Shown here: one piece after another, positions 1-12,581 of the stretch | Layout of the letters: every line of letters starts with the position of its first letter | Position numbering within the stretch: the first letter of the stretch is position 1 | Source: Selaginella moellendorffii | Taxonomy: Eukaryota; Plantae; Lycopodiophyta | Reading direction: 5' to 3' | Assembly (NCBI RefSeq): GCF_000143415.4 | Contig: NW_003314277.1 | Location: 1,330,493 to 1,394,492 of the forward strand | DNA length: 64,000 nt | The notes under the pieces: model-generated | What the model was told of the DNA's origin: nothing | Database searches by the model: none | What the model saw: only the letters and a program-made list of their open reading frames with translations | Position numbers and translations under genes: made by a program

Positions 1-25
1 GGCTTCACCCAATAGCCTGTGTTAG

Positions 26-330
26 TATTCTGACTCAGACTCAAACTTAGACTTGGTCTCGGTCTAAGTCTTAATTCCATCTCGGACTCCATCTTAGGTC
101 CATCTCGAACTCCATCTTGGGTCCATCTTGGACTCCATCTTGGGTTTATCTCAGACTCCATTTCAGGTCCATCTTAAACTCCATCTCGGGTCTATCTCGA
201 GTCTATTTCAAACTCCATCTCGGACTCCATCTTGGGTCCATCTCAGACTCCATCTTAGGTCCATTTTGGACTCTATTTTGGACTCTATCTCGAGTCCATC
301 TCGAACTCCATCTCAGGTCCATCTCAGGTC
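26..330. repeat. Degenerate tandem repeat of CTCGGA/CTCCAT-type 6-12-mer units
   Basis: Repeated ggactccatct/ggtccatct units; same family as 2990-3510. Confidence 0.85.
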
Positions 331-599
331 CTCTTGTGTCCCCTTTTCTAGAGACTCACTTACTGCTTGCTTTGTGCTCATTCCTTAGACTCCATCTCTT
401 CGTTGGGAGTTCCACTCCTACTCTCGACTGTCCAAGTTAGAGCTTTTAGTCCAAACGTGTTACTTCTGTTTGGCTTCTGCTTTGGCCACTACCACGTGGC
501 ACCCTTTCAACTCCACTTTTTGGGGCTTTGGGATTTGTGTCTTACAACTCCACCACTCATAGACAAAGTTTGATGTCCTCATCAAATGATAAACCATTT

Positions 600-2990
600 T
601 ATAAGGTAACACTAATATGTATTACCCTTTCCATCTTTGGCACTTATCCAATATTCGTCAATGGTTTGACACCGAAGGTTCACCATGCCTTATCCATCCT
701 TTAAAGAGCATAATCTTTTCAACTTAAAGACTCATTAGACCATTTATGGTGGTCCTTGCCTTTTTATTTGTTTAGTTCATGCTAAACACATTAAAGACAC
801 CATTTCTATTTCAATTTGACTACTCATTTAGGAGTATCCTCAACCTCTACCAACATAACTATCGCACTTTGGAACTTTTAATTTTAACTTCTTAAAGTCA
901 ATTTCTTAGGTGTCTCTAACACTTTGCCTTGCACGTGTTATGCAAACTCAACTTCCCCATCTTAGAAAATTCTTTATTTGAAGGCACCATCATCCTCTCT
1001 TTTATTTCGTGCCCCTCTAGGCACTAAGTTCCATTTTTCCATAATTTATGCTAAGGCTGTTCATAGCCCTATCATTTGATTACCTTGCCACTCCCTCCCT
1101 CGGAGCTTCCACTTTTGCCAAATTAGAGCAGTTGGGAATCCATCTTTAGAAACATATTGCTTTTCCCATAATCTGTTAACATCTAACACATTGGTGTTTC
1201 TAGCCTAACTATGCCATTTGGATTCCTTCCAATGAATTCTATGGCCCAAACTTGGCCACTAGTCTTTTGCTCCTATCCGTTGATTGTTGCACCAAATAAC
1301 ATAGGATCACTACCTCCATCCTTAATGTATTCTTTCGGTTCCATGGCAAAGGCTCCACTTTGCCAAGTCTAGCAAGTGCTCACCCTTAGTAGGTTTCTTT
1401 AACATTTTTTGCTATAGGCTCTATCCATAGCCACTTTCTCATAGGTCTTTTCTAAAGACTACTTTTTTGGACTCGCTACACTATCGCATTGTTCTTTTTA
1501 GGTATTTTTCCCACTTGGTCACTTTGACCAAGTCACACTTACCAACAGTTCAAATCACCACTTTGAACTAGGAATTTCATTCCTTAACCAAATAATGATT
1601 TTATCTTTATTTAGCCACAATATCACCTAGTGATCTTACCTTGGCACCTTAACAAATTTGCCAATAGGCATTTGGTCTTCCAAACCTTTAATTTGTTGAC
1701 CATGACGTTAAGGGCATCCCCTACACTTGGCGGTGCATCTAAGCTAGCCCTTTTGGCCAAGGGTTCATAGCAACTGAGACTAGGTGTCCCCATCTTATTC
1801 ACCATGTCCTTGGTGCAAATTGCACTAAAGTGTTCAAGCTAGATATGTCGAGCTTTTACACTAGGCAATCTAACCGTGTATCACGACTCCGGGGCATCCC
1901 CTGCTTGGCGGTGTGCCCAAGCCAGTCTCCTTATTGAGAGTTCATGACCACCGAAAAATGAGTGTCTTCATATTCTAAACTGTCACCACGCCCTAGTGAG
2001 TTGGGACTCAAACCCAAGCACTAAAGGGTTGATATTCGAACCCAACCTTTGTATATGCATTTACGGATGGCATCAGCTAAGATGCCTAGCGTGACTCCCC
2101 ACGCTGGTGCACCAATTTATACTTTAAGTGCGCTACAGATCACAACTTAGGAACTTATTTCTTCCGCACTGCTAAGTCCTCTCACTTAACAAGGTACCCC
2201 CGACATATCGGCCCGTTACGCTAAGGCCATGCCCATTCACCTTGGTCACACCGGTGGTCTAACGCCACCTGCATCATAGTCCCGTCTCTCAAAGACTGGG
2301 CCATCCGTCCATGAGTGATCATCCCAGATCTACTCCTTAGCATCCTTAAGATGCCCGCAGACATGGGGAATAGCCTTCCCCGACAACTCTTTTCCAGTCC
2401 CCACCAAGTCCTTTTTAGTCCATGGCCGTGTTCACCAACACTGCCACTGGATCAAGGCCCGCAGGCCCGTCCGCTAAGTCCCACTATCCTTTGGGACTTC
2501 CTTACCATGTGACTGTATCCTTGGTAACTGCATTAGAGGCCTGCTCCTCTTCCTTTCCACAGTCTGGGACTTTGGGCCAACATTTCGGAACACCGTGGCC
2601 TTACGCAAGCCTCATGGGTACTCTCCCCACCTCTCACCTTTTGGTGCTCTAGCCATGGGCTTAGAGCGAGGTTCCGTTGAGCCATACTAGGTATCCAAGT
2701 AGGTAGTGCCACCTACACTTGGACTGGGAGCATCAGCCAGTCGATCTCCCGGGGGAACTAGAGCCAGCTCTTGAACACTTCACCAAGCTACCCCGCTTGT
2801 CAGTCTGTGTTCACTCTAGTCTTGGACTTCACAGTGGGCAGTTCATCACCCAACACTGGGTCTGGCCTTCCTGGGCCAAACTGGCCTTTCTTGGCCAAAC
2901 TGGCTCCACTGCAGTCCTCCCCCTTACTATACTTTTGTAGCTCACCAAACCCCCCAAGGTCTGGGAGACGAACGCTTTGGGCTTTCACCC
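600..2990 (-). mobile_element. Decayed LTR-retrotransposon sequence (LTR/UTR-like)
   Basis: 1851-2193 is directly repeated at 3968-4286; ~2194-2510 is homologous to the LTR pieces at 6790-6974 and (inverted) 18276-18590; no intact ORFs. Confidence 0.55.
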
Positions 2991-3510
2991 TCTCAGACTC
3001 AAACTTGGACTCGGACTTGAACTCAGACTCGGACTCGAACTCGGACTCGGACTCGAACTCGGTCTCAGCCTCGGCCTTGGCCTCGGTCTCGGTCTCGGTC
3101 CCGTCTTGGTCTCGGTCTCAGTCCCGGTCTCGGTCTCGACTTCGGACTCCATCTCAGGTCCATCTCGGACTCCATCTCGGACTCCATTTCGGACTCCATC
3201 TCGGGTCCATCTTGGACTCCATCTCGGACTCCATCTCGGGTCCATCTCGGACTCCACCTCGGGTCCATCTCGGACTCCATCTCGGGTCCATCCCAGACTC
3301 CATCTCGGCGGACTCCACCTCGGGTCCATCTCGGACTCCATCTCAGGTCCATTTCGGGTCCATCTCGGACTCCATCTCGGGTCCGTTTCGGACTCATACT
3401 CGGATCCATCTCGGGTCCACCTCAGACTCCACCTCGGACTCCATCTCGGGGTCCTTCTCGGACTCCACTTCGGACTTCAACTCCGGTCCATCTCGGGTCC
3501 ATCTCGGACA
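2990..3510. repeat. Tandem repeat (CTCGGA, CTCGGT, CTCGGACTCCAT units)
   Basis: Visible directly; produces the low-complexity ORFs seen in several frames. Confidence 0.9.
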
Positions 3511-3631
3511 CTTCCACGTGTCATACGCATAGATGCCCAATATGTATGATTTTAAATTTAAGGGTAGGAATATACCTTGCTCAAGTATTTTTAAGTAGCC
3601 ACTAATCAATGGGAATCGAACCATAGCATTT

Positions 3632-3643
3632 GCTCCGATACCA
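3632..3643 (-). promoter_or_regulatory. tRNA-iMet primer-binding site next to an LTR edge (TGTAACAC at 3646)
   Basis: Minus strand TGGTATCGGAGC, one mismatch to canonical TGGTATCAGAGC, 2 nt from an LTR ...CA end. Confidence 0.7.
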
Positions 3644-4286
3644 CATGTAACACATTCTATCTCTCTCCCTTTAAGCTAACTAGAAAAGGGGCAATTGCTT
3701 GATGAAAGAACCCTTAGTAGCTATTTTATCCTCATTTATCCCCCAAGGTTCCAAGGATCCACGGTGACAGTATATCCAAATCTCATTTTATGATCATATG
3801 CGCTACACTTACCAAGTTGCACAAATTGTTATACACCTGCATAGATATGGTTTTTCGAAAGCTAAGGTTGAGATGAGGCTACATAATACCATTGAGCTCA
3901 TGGTTTATTGATGGTGATGGGAAAGGAAAAATGCGACAAGCTTAAAGAGCTTACTTTGTGAATGCCAAGCTTTTACACTAGGCAATCTAACCATGTATCA
4001 CGACTCCGGGGCATCCCCTGCTTGGTGGTGTGCCCAAGCCAGACCGAAAAATGAGTGTCTTCATATTCTAAACTGTCACCACGCCCTAGTGAGTTGGGAC
4101 TCGAACCCAAGCACTAGAGGGTTGATATTCGAACCCAACCTTTGTATATGCATTTACGGATGGCATCAGCTAAGATGCCTAGCGTGACTCCCCACGTTGG
4201 TGCACCAATTTATACTTTAAGTGCGCTACAGATCACAGCTTAGGAACCTATTTCTTCCGCACTACTAAGTCCTCTCACTTAACAAG

Positions 4287-6974
4287 TTTGTGATCATGCA
4301 TGGACTCCTCCATGCTTAGCCCCATGGGCCACAACATGGGGGTGGTTAACTTTTGAAGTTAGCACTTTCAACTAGGGTATTTGTTCCCTCTGATTTGTTA
4401 ATCTCGTTTAGTAAGTCATCCGACCACTGTAACATGGTTTATGCATAAATATGAAAGTCCTTAACCATCGACTTTCATTTAAACCCATCCCTTTGAACAT
4501 TTAGAAACACTCCCCAACTTTGATAATTTTGCCTTATGGCAAGCTTCAAAACTATGCTTTTGCTGCGCCACTCTGATTTTGCACGTTATATGAACCATTT
4601 ACACTTACTTTTCTAAGTACTAGGTAGCTACCTAGAATTGTCTTTGGGAACTTTGAAGGAACTCTAGCTCTTAACTTGCTAAGGCCTTTCCTTTTGCAAG
4701 GTTTTTAATTGTTATATAGTCTAATATGGATAATTCAATATTTTAGACTCTCTATGGCATCACGATTGCTAATAATAACTGGCTCGAGCACCCACTTGAT
4801 TATCCACTCTCAACTCGCATAACCACCTTTGGTTAAACCCTTCGCTTCTTATGATTCGGTTTTATCCCTTTATTACTTGTTTTTTGGCCTCACACATTTC
4901 CTTTGGTTATTCTCCTCTAGTCCAGAAGGATAGATTTGCACCTTCTACCATACCTTAGCAAGTATTCATAGGGATGAACCTACTTGGTAGCATAGGGAGT
5001 GGTTCCTCAATCTAGGTATGCTCACCTTGTAATCCCACACACTAGGATTAATGTTGCTACTTATGGGCTTTTATATGCTCATCACTAGCCTTACCAAAAT
5101 CCTATTTTAGCTTTGTCCAATTTGGGTAGATGGACTTCTCCCATCTCCGTAACCTTAGACGTTTGGATAGCACCTTTTATTCATTATTCGTTTGGGACTT
5201 AGTCCTTTGTGCCTTATTTAATGCCCTCACAACACCAAATACCACTTCTTGGTGTTTTAGAGTGTTTGGGTGCCCCAATGATGTCCATTTTTTACAATGA
5301 ACATTCCTTTTACGACATTGATTTACTATATCGCAACATAAGCAATTTATCCCCCATAAAGGTATATTTAACTTCCTTATCCTAATAAGAAGTCTTGGGT
5401 AATTACCTTCTACCATTTTGATTAATTATTTTGCACCTTTTGCTTAGTTGCTTCATAGTTGTTAAGTTCTACAACTCATTGTTAGTGCTTTCACATCTCC
5501 ATCATTATTTGAGTCACCACACTTCAGCTGCATGCCTTCTAACTTAGGTTATGCCATTCCCACTTCCATTAGAATTCCTTTAGGAAAAGGTTTTCATGAA
5601 CCCACTAACTTGACTTCAAGGTATCACACTTTGGCACATTCAGTATCTCTACACCATTGGCTCCATGACCCTACCTTTATGACACTTCTTACTTATTTTC
5701 TTTTGGGAACCTTTTTCCCACGAATTTAGTATGGCATATTCTGCCATCAATGAGATATCTATTGTTTTTATACTTGGATCTTATGATCCTCCTCATCCTT
5801 CGTAGGCGCAACACACCTCAGTCCAAATGCTTCTACCAATCCCTTAAGACCATTCTTTGACTCTACTTGAGTCATCCAACTTTTTGGACTTTGTTAATTT
5901 GATGACCCGTAAGGTCCTACTTTTGAGGTGCCAGCTCGTTGGAATACAACTTTTTATATCCATGTCGTACTCATAAGGACCATCTTTGTAAATGTTATTC
6001 TAACACTTGATTATTTTCTGTTCCCTATAGCCTACCTTTGCTCCTTAGGACTATCCATCCATATGATGAGAATACTGACTCATCCTCTGAGCATACCCCC
6101 AACTCCTTGGGTTTGTTCCAACTTTTATAAAAGGTAGCCTTGGCTACAATTTCAAGGACTTGTGTCCTCATCCGTATTTGACCTCTCACGGTCATTAATT
6201 CCAGCCTCAAATTCATGAGCACCAGCCTTAACTATATGAGGATAATCTTGTGACTCCTTTATTGTTTTGAAGTCTTTATCTTTCCTGTGATCCCACTATA
6301 GTTTTTTACCATAACTATATTAGCCAGTTTGTTAAGTTAAATGGTCATCTGGATCACATCCTCAACTCTCTGAGGAAAACCTTATACTATTCCCAAGATC
6401 CCAAAGTCGCTCCCTCATTGGCTCATTTTTTATCCAACACATTGCTAACAGGTTCACTTATGAACTAAAGTGAAGAGCCATGCCCTTTCGACACGCTACT
6501 CCTTGAGGATAAGCCTTCTAATGCTAAGACAAGTGATGATATACTTGACCACCAATAAAAGTCGGACTAAGGAACAGCTTCAATACCAAATTGCAAGCGA
6601 CTAATTTTTCCATTCTACTTTAGTCACTTAACCACACCTCTGATCACTTGGAGGAGTCTTAGTCACAACATTGATAAGTCCAATTTAGGACTTGGGGCTT
6701 GCTAGCCCCAAAATTGGCATCCATACCACTCAACCTTTGCACTTGGTCTAAGTGCTCCGTGTGTCCAATCCTATGACCGACACCCAAAGGTTTCACTAAT
6801 ATATCAGTCTGTTACACTAAGGCCATGCCTATACACCTTTGTCACATTGGTGATCCAACACCACCTATATCACAATCCCATCTCTCAAACATTGGGCTAT
6901 CTGTCTATAAGTGGTCATCCCAGATCCACTTCTTAGCATCCTTAGGATGCCCGCAAACATGGGGAATAGCCTTC
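4287..6974 (-). mobile_element. Decayed LTR retrotransposon: 5' LTR part (6592-6974), degenerate PBS (6577-6588) and eroded internal region
   Basis: Minus-strand PBS-like TGGTATTGAAGC next to LTR end ...CGCTTGCA; the LTR matches 18276-18787 in inverted orientation; internal region full of stops. Confidence 0.6.
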
Positions 6975-6998
6975 AAGCTCTATTTCGTTAAAGTGGGA
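6975..6998 (+). repeat. Left terminal inverted repeat
   Basis: aagctctatttcgttaaagtggga, the exact reverse complement of 18252-18275. Confidence 0.92.
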
Positions 6999-8107
6999 TT
7001 TATTCAGTAAAATGGGACTAGGTACAAATTTTCAAGTATTTGAAAATGACGTGAAATTATATGTTTTTTGTCCAGGGGCTAGACATATCTGGGGCATGGT
7101 GACTAGCGCGGTGACCTTATGTCCAGACTGAGTCCATCTAGTTGTATAATAAATCTCATTGTCAAGGTGAACAAGCCGAATCTGAAGCTAAAGAAGAGCG
7201 ATGGCATGCGCGCACACACTATTTGTTTGTTCATTGAGCGTGTGGTGAGCTTTCCAAGATGAACATCATTCCTATTAGCCAGACATATAACTTAATGGTG
7301 AGAACATTTAGATATTATTCAATGTTATCTTTTTCTAACGAATCTAATTGTGAAGGTGTAGCAAGAGGCATTGCTAGTCTGGAGAAGTCATTTAACTCAT
7401 TTGACCCTTAGTGTATTTTCATGAAACTAAATAACATTCATATTATTAAGGAATTTCTCTAGTACCTTTTTTTTACGACATAGAGGCTTGCATTTCTTTC
7501 AAAGGTGATTTAGTAAAAGGCCTGAGGGCACATGCCATTCTATTTCTCAGACCGGTATTAAGATATACTAGTGCAAAGGGAAAAAGGTATTTGGTGATCA
7601 AGTAAATGGCATGAGGGCACACGCCATTATAAGCCTAAGCGCTAGTGGACACCTCCTTTTTGGTACTCTCAGTGGTACTATCATCCTTCTCCGGGTCAGT
7701 TGTTTTGCTTTGGATTGTTGTCTCTGACGTTACTGGGGCGTTCTCGATAGTTGTTAATGTTGCCGTTTGTTCAGAAAAATGATCACCTGGAGTATAGTAC
7801 GGGGAGTTTGGAAGACTTATATATTCTACATCTTCACCTATCTCCTTCTCCGTCTCCTTTTCTACCTCACTTACAGATTTTGTGCTTGCCATGAGAACGC
7901 TCTTCACCCTAAAATATGGAGTTCGTTGTGTTATAAAAGGAAACCAACACACACACTGCAAGGGAATGATGGTACATAAAGCACGTAAGCCCACAATATG
8001 GGTTTATGTGCCATTAATATGGGCCACATGCCATATTATTAGATTTATGCACGTGTGATTGGTAAATGCATATGTCACATCATCTTTGTTTTACCTCACA
8101 CACTATA

Positions 8108-11100
8108 TCAAGCCTCCTCTGATTCAGATTCGGATTGTTCACCTTGAAATAAAATACATTAAAAACTTTGTAAAGGAATATTAATGAATCTCACCTTGAA
8201 CCCGAGTTATGAATGCTCTTGCTGCATCTTTTGCATGGTCTGGCAAGGTGATGGTGGCACTCTGCTTCCGCATCCAACCATGCACAACATTATCCACCGA
8301 TATGCTCATGCTGGGATCCCTTGGATTCAGCACCCATCTCTTTTCTAGGCAATCCTTCGTATATCCGGAACTTGGCTTGAACCACTCCACAGTTACATTG
8401 AAGGAGTTAGTTTCCGCGTCCTCCTCTGCATCAGTGATGCAGCGCCCCACCCATATCATTTGTTTTTTATTACTGGGTCTGACAAGCACGACCATTCCTT
8501 TGCAGACCTGTACTGGATTGAATGCTGAATCCGGCTTCTTGTTCCTCGGCCCACAATAGTGATCCTCAACATCGTTATCTGTCACTGCATTTCCAGAGGA
8601 CATTGTTCCGCTACTATCTGGTGCTCTGGGTTCTGGCCAAAAGGACTCTTCCAATTCTTCATATACAACCGGCCCATTTTGGATAGCAGATATAATCTTC
8701 TCCCAGTATTCGAGCAAAGGCTTGCACCTCTAAAAATAGGATTCTCCACCAAACACCAACCCCCTCTTCCAGAAGGCAATATGCTGTCTAATCCCGGCCA
8801 CTATACTTTCCTGGTCTTTGAGTCCATCCGGGTGCATCGGCCGTGGGGAACCCTGAGGAATCATAGGTTCCCCAGTTATGGGATCTCTCTTGAAGAGTTC
8901 AATGCCGTCCACTGGCAGCCACACTGTGTCCCATTCTCTCATCTTGTACCTCATCACTGGAGCACCGTCACACATGCTGAAATGAAACTGAAGAGGCTTG
9001 GAGTGGCCAATCAGCGTTTCGGATCCATCCCTGATGTAGCCTCTTACAAACCCCTTAAAGTCTGGAACCTCTGTCAGAAGTGCAGCTTCAACAGTGCCTT
9101 TGATGCAATTTTGGAATTCATCGTAGAGTTGTGGGAGGGTGAGGACATTGGATCGCCGGAGGGACTCTGCCAGGTGACTGAACATGGCATCGACGTCTTC
9201 ATGAGTGTGCCCAACCATGAGAAAGCCAAGTGTAACCGTTTCAAATATGCCTTTGGCAACAAGCATCGCCAAGTACGCGAAGACGTACATGTTTTTGTTC
9301 TCACTGCCAGCATTGTCTGTTTGGAGCAGAAGATGGGGTGGAAGGCCACATCGGCCGCAAGAACTTCCTTGAGATTCTGCTTCGTTTGGATGAGGCTGTG
9401 CATTCACCGGGCGACCAGCCTCGTCGGAATGGCATGAGGCCTCACGTGATAACCCTACAATCTGACGGCCAACATATTCACTGGGATGGCATGGGGCCCC
9501 ACGCGATACTGCAAGCCTTTGCTCCTCCTCCAGCTGAACCCTGTATGGGGTTCGATCGACAAGGGCCTTATGCAAGGGTTGGCCGTTCAGCTCAGTCTGC
9601 GCACTTTGCAGAGACCTTAAGTGTTTTGCTAGGGACGCAATCATCATGTTTGCACCCCCGCCACCCCATAGAGGTACAAAGAAGTTCCCATAGTTCTGGG
9701 CACCATGCCCATGAGCGATTATGCCAAACAGAGACACAGGTAGCTGCATGGATGAAGAGATTGCCTTGGGGGCAGGATTGAGTCGAGGTAAGCACGTCTT
9801 TTTCTGGTCCATTTTGTCGTGGATGATGAAGAGGTAAGAGTCAGGTCTCTCCATGGAGAGAATCCTGTTATGATAATATGCAGTCCTGCAGCTTCTCTGC
9901 TCGATGTTGTGGTCGAGCCGCCTTCTAACCAACGTCTCTCGCTCTTGAGCGCTGCAAGAATTCTTCGACAAAGCTATTTTGATAGCAGTGCACTCGTCAC
10001 ACTTTGAAAAGCTGGAGTACTTTCCTATACTCACATCCCTGAACCTGTTGCTCCACAATCTACTAAATCTAGATTGGCTCAGCTTCCTGTAGCCATTACT
10101 CTGGAGTTCCCGATTCACATCTTCCAATATGGCCCCCTTGGTATACATGGAAGGGAGAACTCGTTGGGTGTCTCGTGTTCCATCTTCCAAGAGGCGGGTT
10201 TTATGTGGTTGCTGCTCGCTACATGTCTCGACAAACCTCTTGAAGATTGCCTCTCCATATACAACATGACCCCTGGTTTTGTGCGTACCGTCGTTCCCAT
10301 GGACTGCCTGTTGAATCCTTTATTCCTCGAACTCAGTTTTGATTCTGTAGAATGTGGTTCGAGGGACTCCATAAATGATTCTCCATGCCTTCATGCAGAC
10401 CAAACCCCTCTGGAAGACCATGCCCCCCACCTGATGTTCTGAAGCATCAATAGATGACCGTAATGCCTCATACACAAAATTGCGAGCTGCCTTCCAGGAC
10501 AATGTCTTGTATCTTGCTCTCTCCTCTTCAATAGCATCCCAATCAGCATGTTGACAGCACCTCCTCTTGCAACAAGCAACTGTCGAGACCATTCGAACCT
10601 CCATCGCCATTTTCTGCCTTTTCGGTTCGTTGCTTAGATCCCTTTGGCTGCGCTTTAGGAAGGTGTACTTTCTTTTCCCATGAAGAGATGTTCTGTCATC
10701 AGTTGTAGTGGTGTTTGATTGTGAATCCTTCACATTCTCAAACACTAAGTGCCTCAATTTCCACCGCACAATGCTTCCAATAGTCAGACTGTTTTCTTCT
10801 GTGTCAACAACCTCTAAAATCGCAACTCCAATATCATCCCAGCCCAATTCTTGATTAGCAACCGCATCTCTTGGATCGACAACTGTGGCTAAGCCCTCAG
10901 CTACCACCTCCCCCTCGGGGTTGTTTAGAAACACTTTTGCCTGAATCCATGTAGCACAGTTCTTAAGATCCACGGAGGGAACATGCGTCGCACTTGCGCT
11001 GTCCCCAACATCTGCTTTCTTCTGAAGATTTTTCAAGGCAACAACAACATTTACCCCGACGACCATCTCTCCTCGTTCAATAGCGACCACATTCCCATCG

Positions 11101-11249
11101 AAGACAGTCTCTACTGATACAGCAGCATTGCCTTCCCCAAGCCTTTCACAGTGTATAACAAAGTTCCGATCCATAGACACAAGGGTCCCTTTTGCAACTC
11201 TCTTCCCACCATTCAAAATGTAAACCTTTTCCCCAACCCTGAAGGCCAT
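8108..11249 (-). pseudogene. Sola-like RNase H-fold (DDD) transposase, ~1,030 codons, with two in-frame premature stops
   Basis: ORFs 10320-11249, 8730-10190 and 8181-8717 share one frame, split only by TAA (10320-10322) and TAG (8730-8732). Motifs: CCKRRCC, SKCDEC..H, IIHDKMDQ, QTDNAGSENKN, GHTHEDVDAMFS. Probable short last exon ending TGA at 8108. Confidence 0.8.
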
Positions 11250-11616
11250 TCTGAAAGTGCAGAAAAGAAGTTAAGACCATACAAAAAATGATTGGAGAAT
11301 GGCCTAAATCATAACATACCAAACAACCTCAATAGCATGAGGCCACATGCCATTATTCAAACATGCTATTGACACCCACGTGAAATTTCGCATTCACAAA
11401 ATTGGCATGAGGCCTCATGCCATCTTGATATACACACAGCTGCAGGCAAGTAAAAACATACATGACAATACACTAGCCATGAAATTGCAAGGGCCCAAGA
11501 TGGCATGTGGCCTCATGCCATTTCTAAATGTGGTCCTAAGCCATTCCATGGTGAACATACCAGGAAGCACAAGTGCCGAATATCAAGAGGAAGCGGTAGC
11601 CACACCAAAGACAGTG

Positions 11617-11760
11617 CCGCTCGCAACACCGCAACTACTCGTAGCGCCGCTCGCAACACCGCAACTGCTCGTAGCGCCGCTCGCACAAACTGCCACTCGC
11701 ATAAACTGCTGCTCGCAATGGCGCTCGCAATGCCGCAACCGCTCGTAGACGCATAAACCA
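11617..11760. repeat. 30-bp tandem repeat (GCCGCTCGCAACACCGCAACTRCTCGTAGC) in the divergent-promoter region of the transposon
   Basis: Two near-perfect units followed by degenerate units. Confidence 0.8.
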
Positions 11761-12289
11761 CAGCCCACAACGCCGCTTACACAAGCAGCGCTCACTGCGC
11801 TCAGCGGAACCAAGAACACGGCGCACAAAAATGATAGACCTAGGAATGAGTTCGAGAATTCAAAAATAACACACGCTTGAACGTCACATCAAATCCTCTG
11901 ACAAACCAGATCTTATGATTCCTCTGACAAATTTCAAACTGAGTAGCTTCTAGACTTTGCTGTCGGAGGTTGAACTTTGTCACATCATGTCCTTGCCTCG
12001 ATCCAGCTGTGCCATGTCAGTGATTCGAACTTTGCCATGCCATGTCAGCGATCCGCGCCAAGATTATTCGCCGTGTAAAGGAATAATTACGCTGTGTGTG
12101 TACGTCCATTTATGGCAATATAAGGCCACACGCCATTCAAAGAATAATGCTCGACATAAGGCCACACGCCATTCAAAGAATAATGCTAGTCGAGCATTTT
12201 TTGGTGCATTTTTGGGTTCAAAATTGCATGAGCCCACACGCTATAAAGTTTACCTGTACCAAAAATAGAAACAGCTTTATTTACTTGGG

Positions 12290-12389
12290 NNNNNNNNNNN
12301 NNNNNNNNNNNNNNNNNNNNNNNNNNNNNNNNNNNNNNNNNNNNNNNNNNNNNNNNNNNNNNNNNNNNNNNNNNNNNNNNNNNNNNNNN
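12290..12389. other. Assembly gap (100 N)
   Basis: Run of N. Confidence 1.
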
Positions 12390-12581
12390 ATTCAGTACAC
12401 ATTGGCATGCACCGATTGGGCTCTCGAGTGCAGTCCGGTTACAGATGGCGTGTAGCCTCACGCCATCTTAGGATGCAGCCTCAAGACATCTGATGCAGTG
12501 GTGAATGGCGTGTGGCCTCACGTTATTTCCAGCTGCTAGCTTTTCATCTGTCAGCTCTAATTGTTGTGCATTTTTGAACAG

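Noticed and set aside
2771-3624. Several overlapping 110-250 aa ORFs
   Set aside because: Produced by the stop-free 6/12-mer tandem repeat; low-complexity translations in all frames.
8559-9437. 292-aa plus-strand ORF
   Set aside because: Antisense shadow of the transposase; no recognisable motifs.
12096-12461. ORFs spanning the first N gap
   Set aside because: Open only because N codons contain no stops; true gap size unknown.
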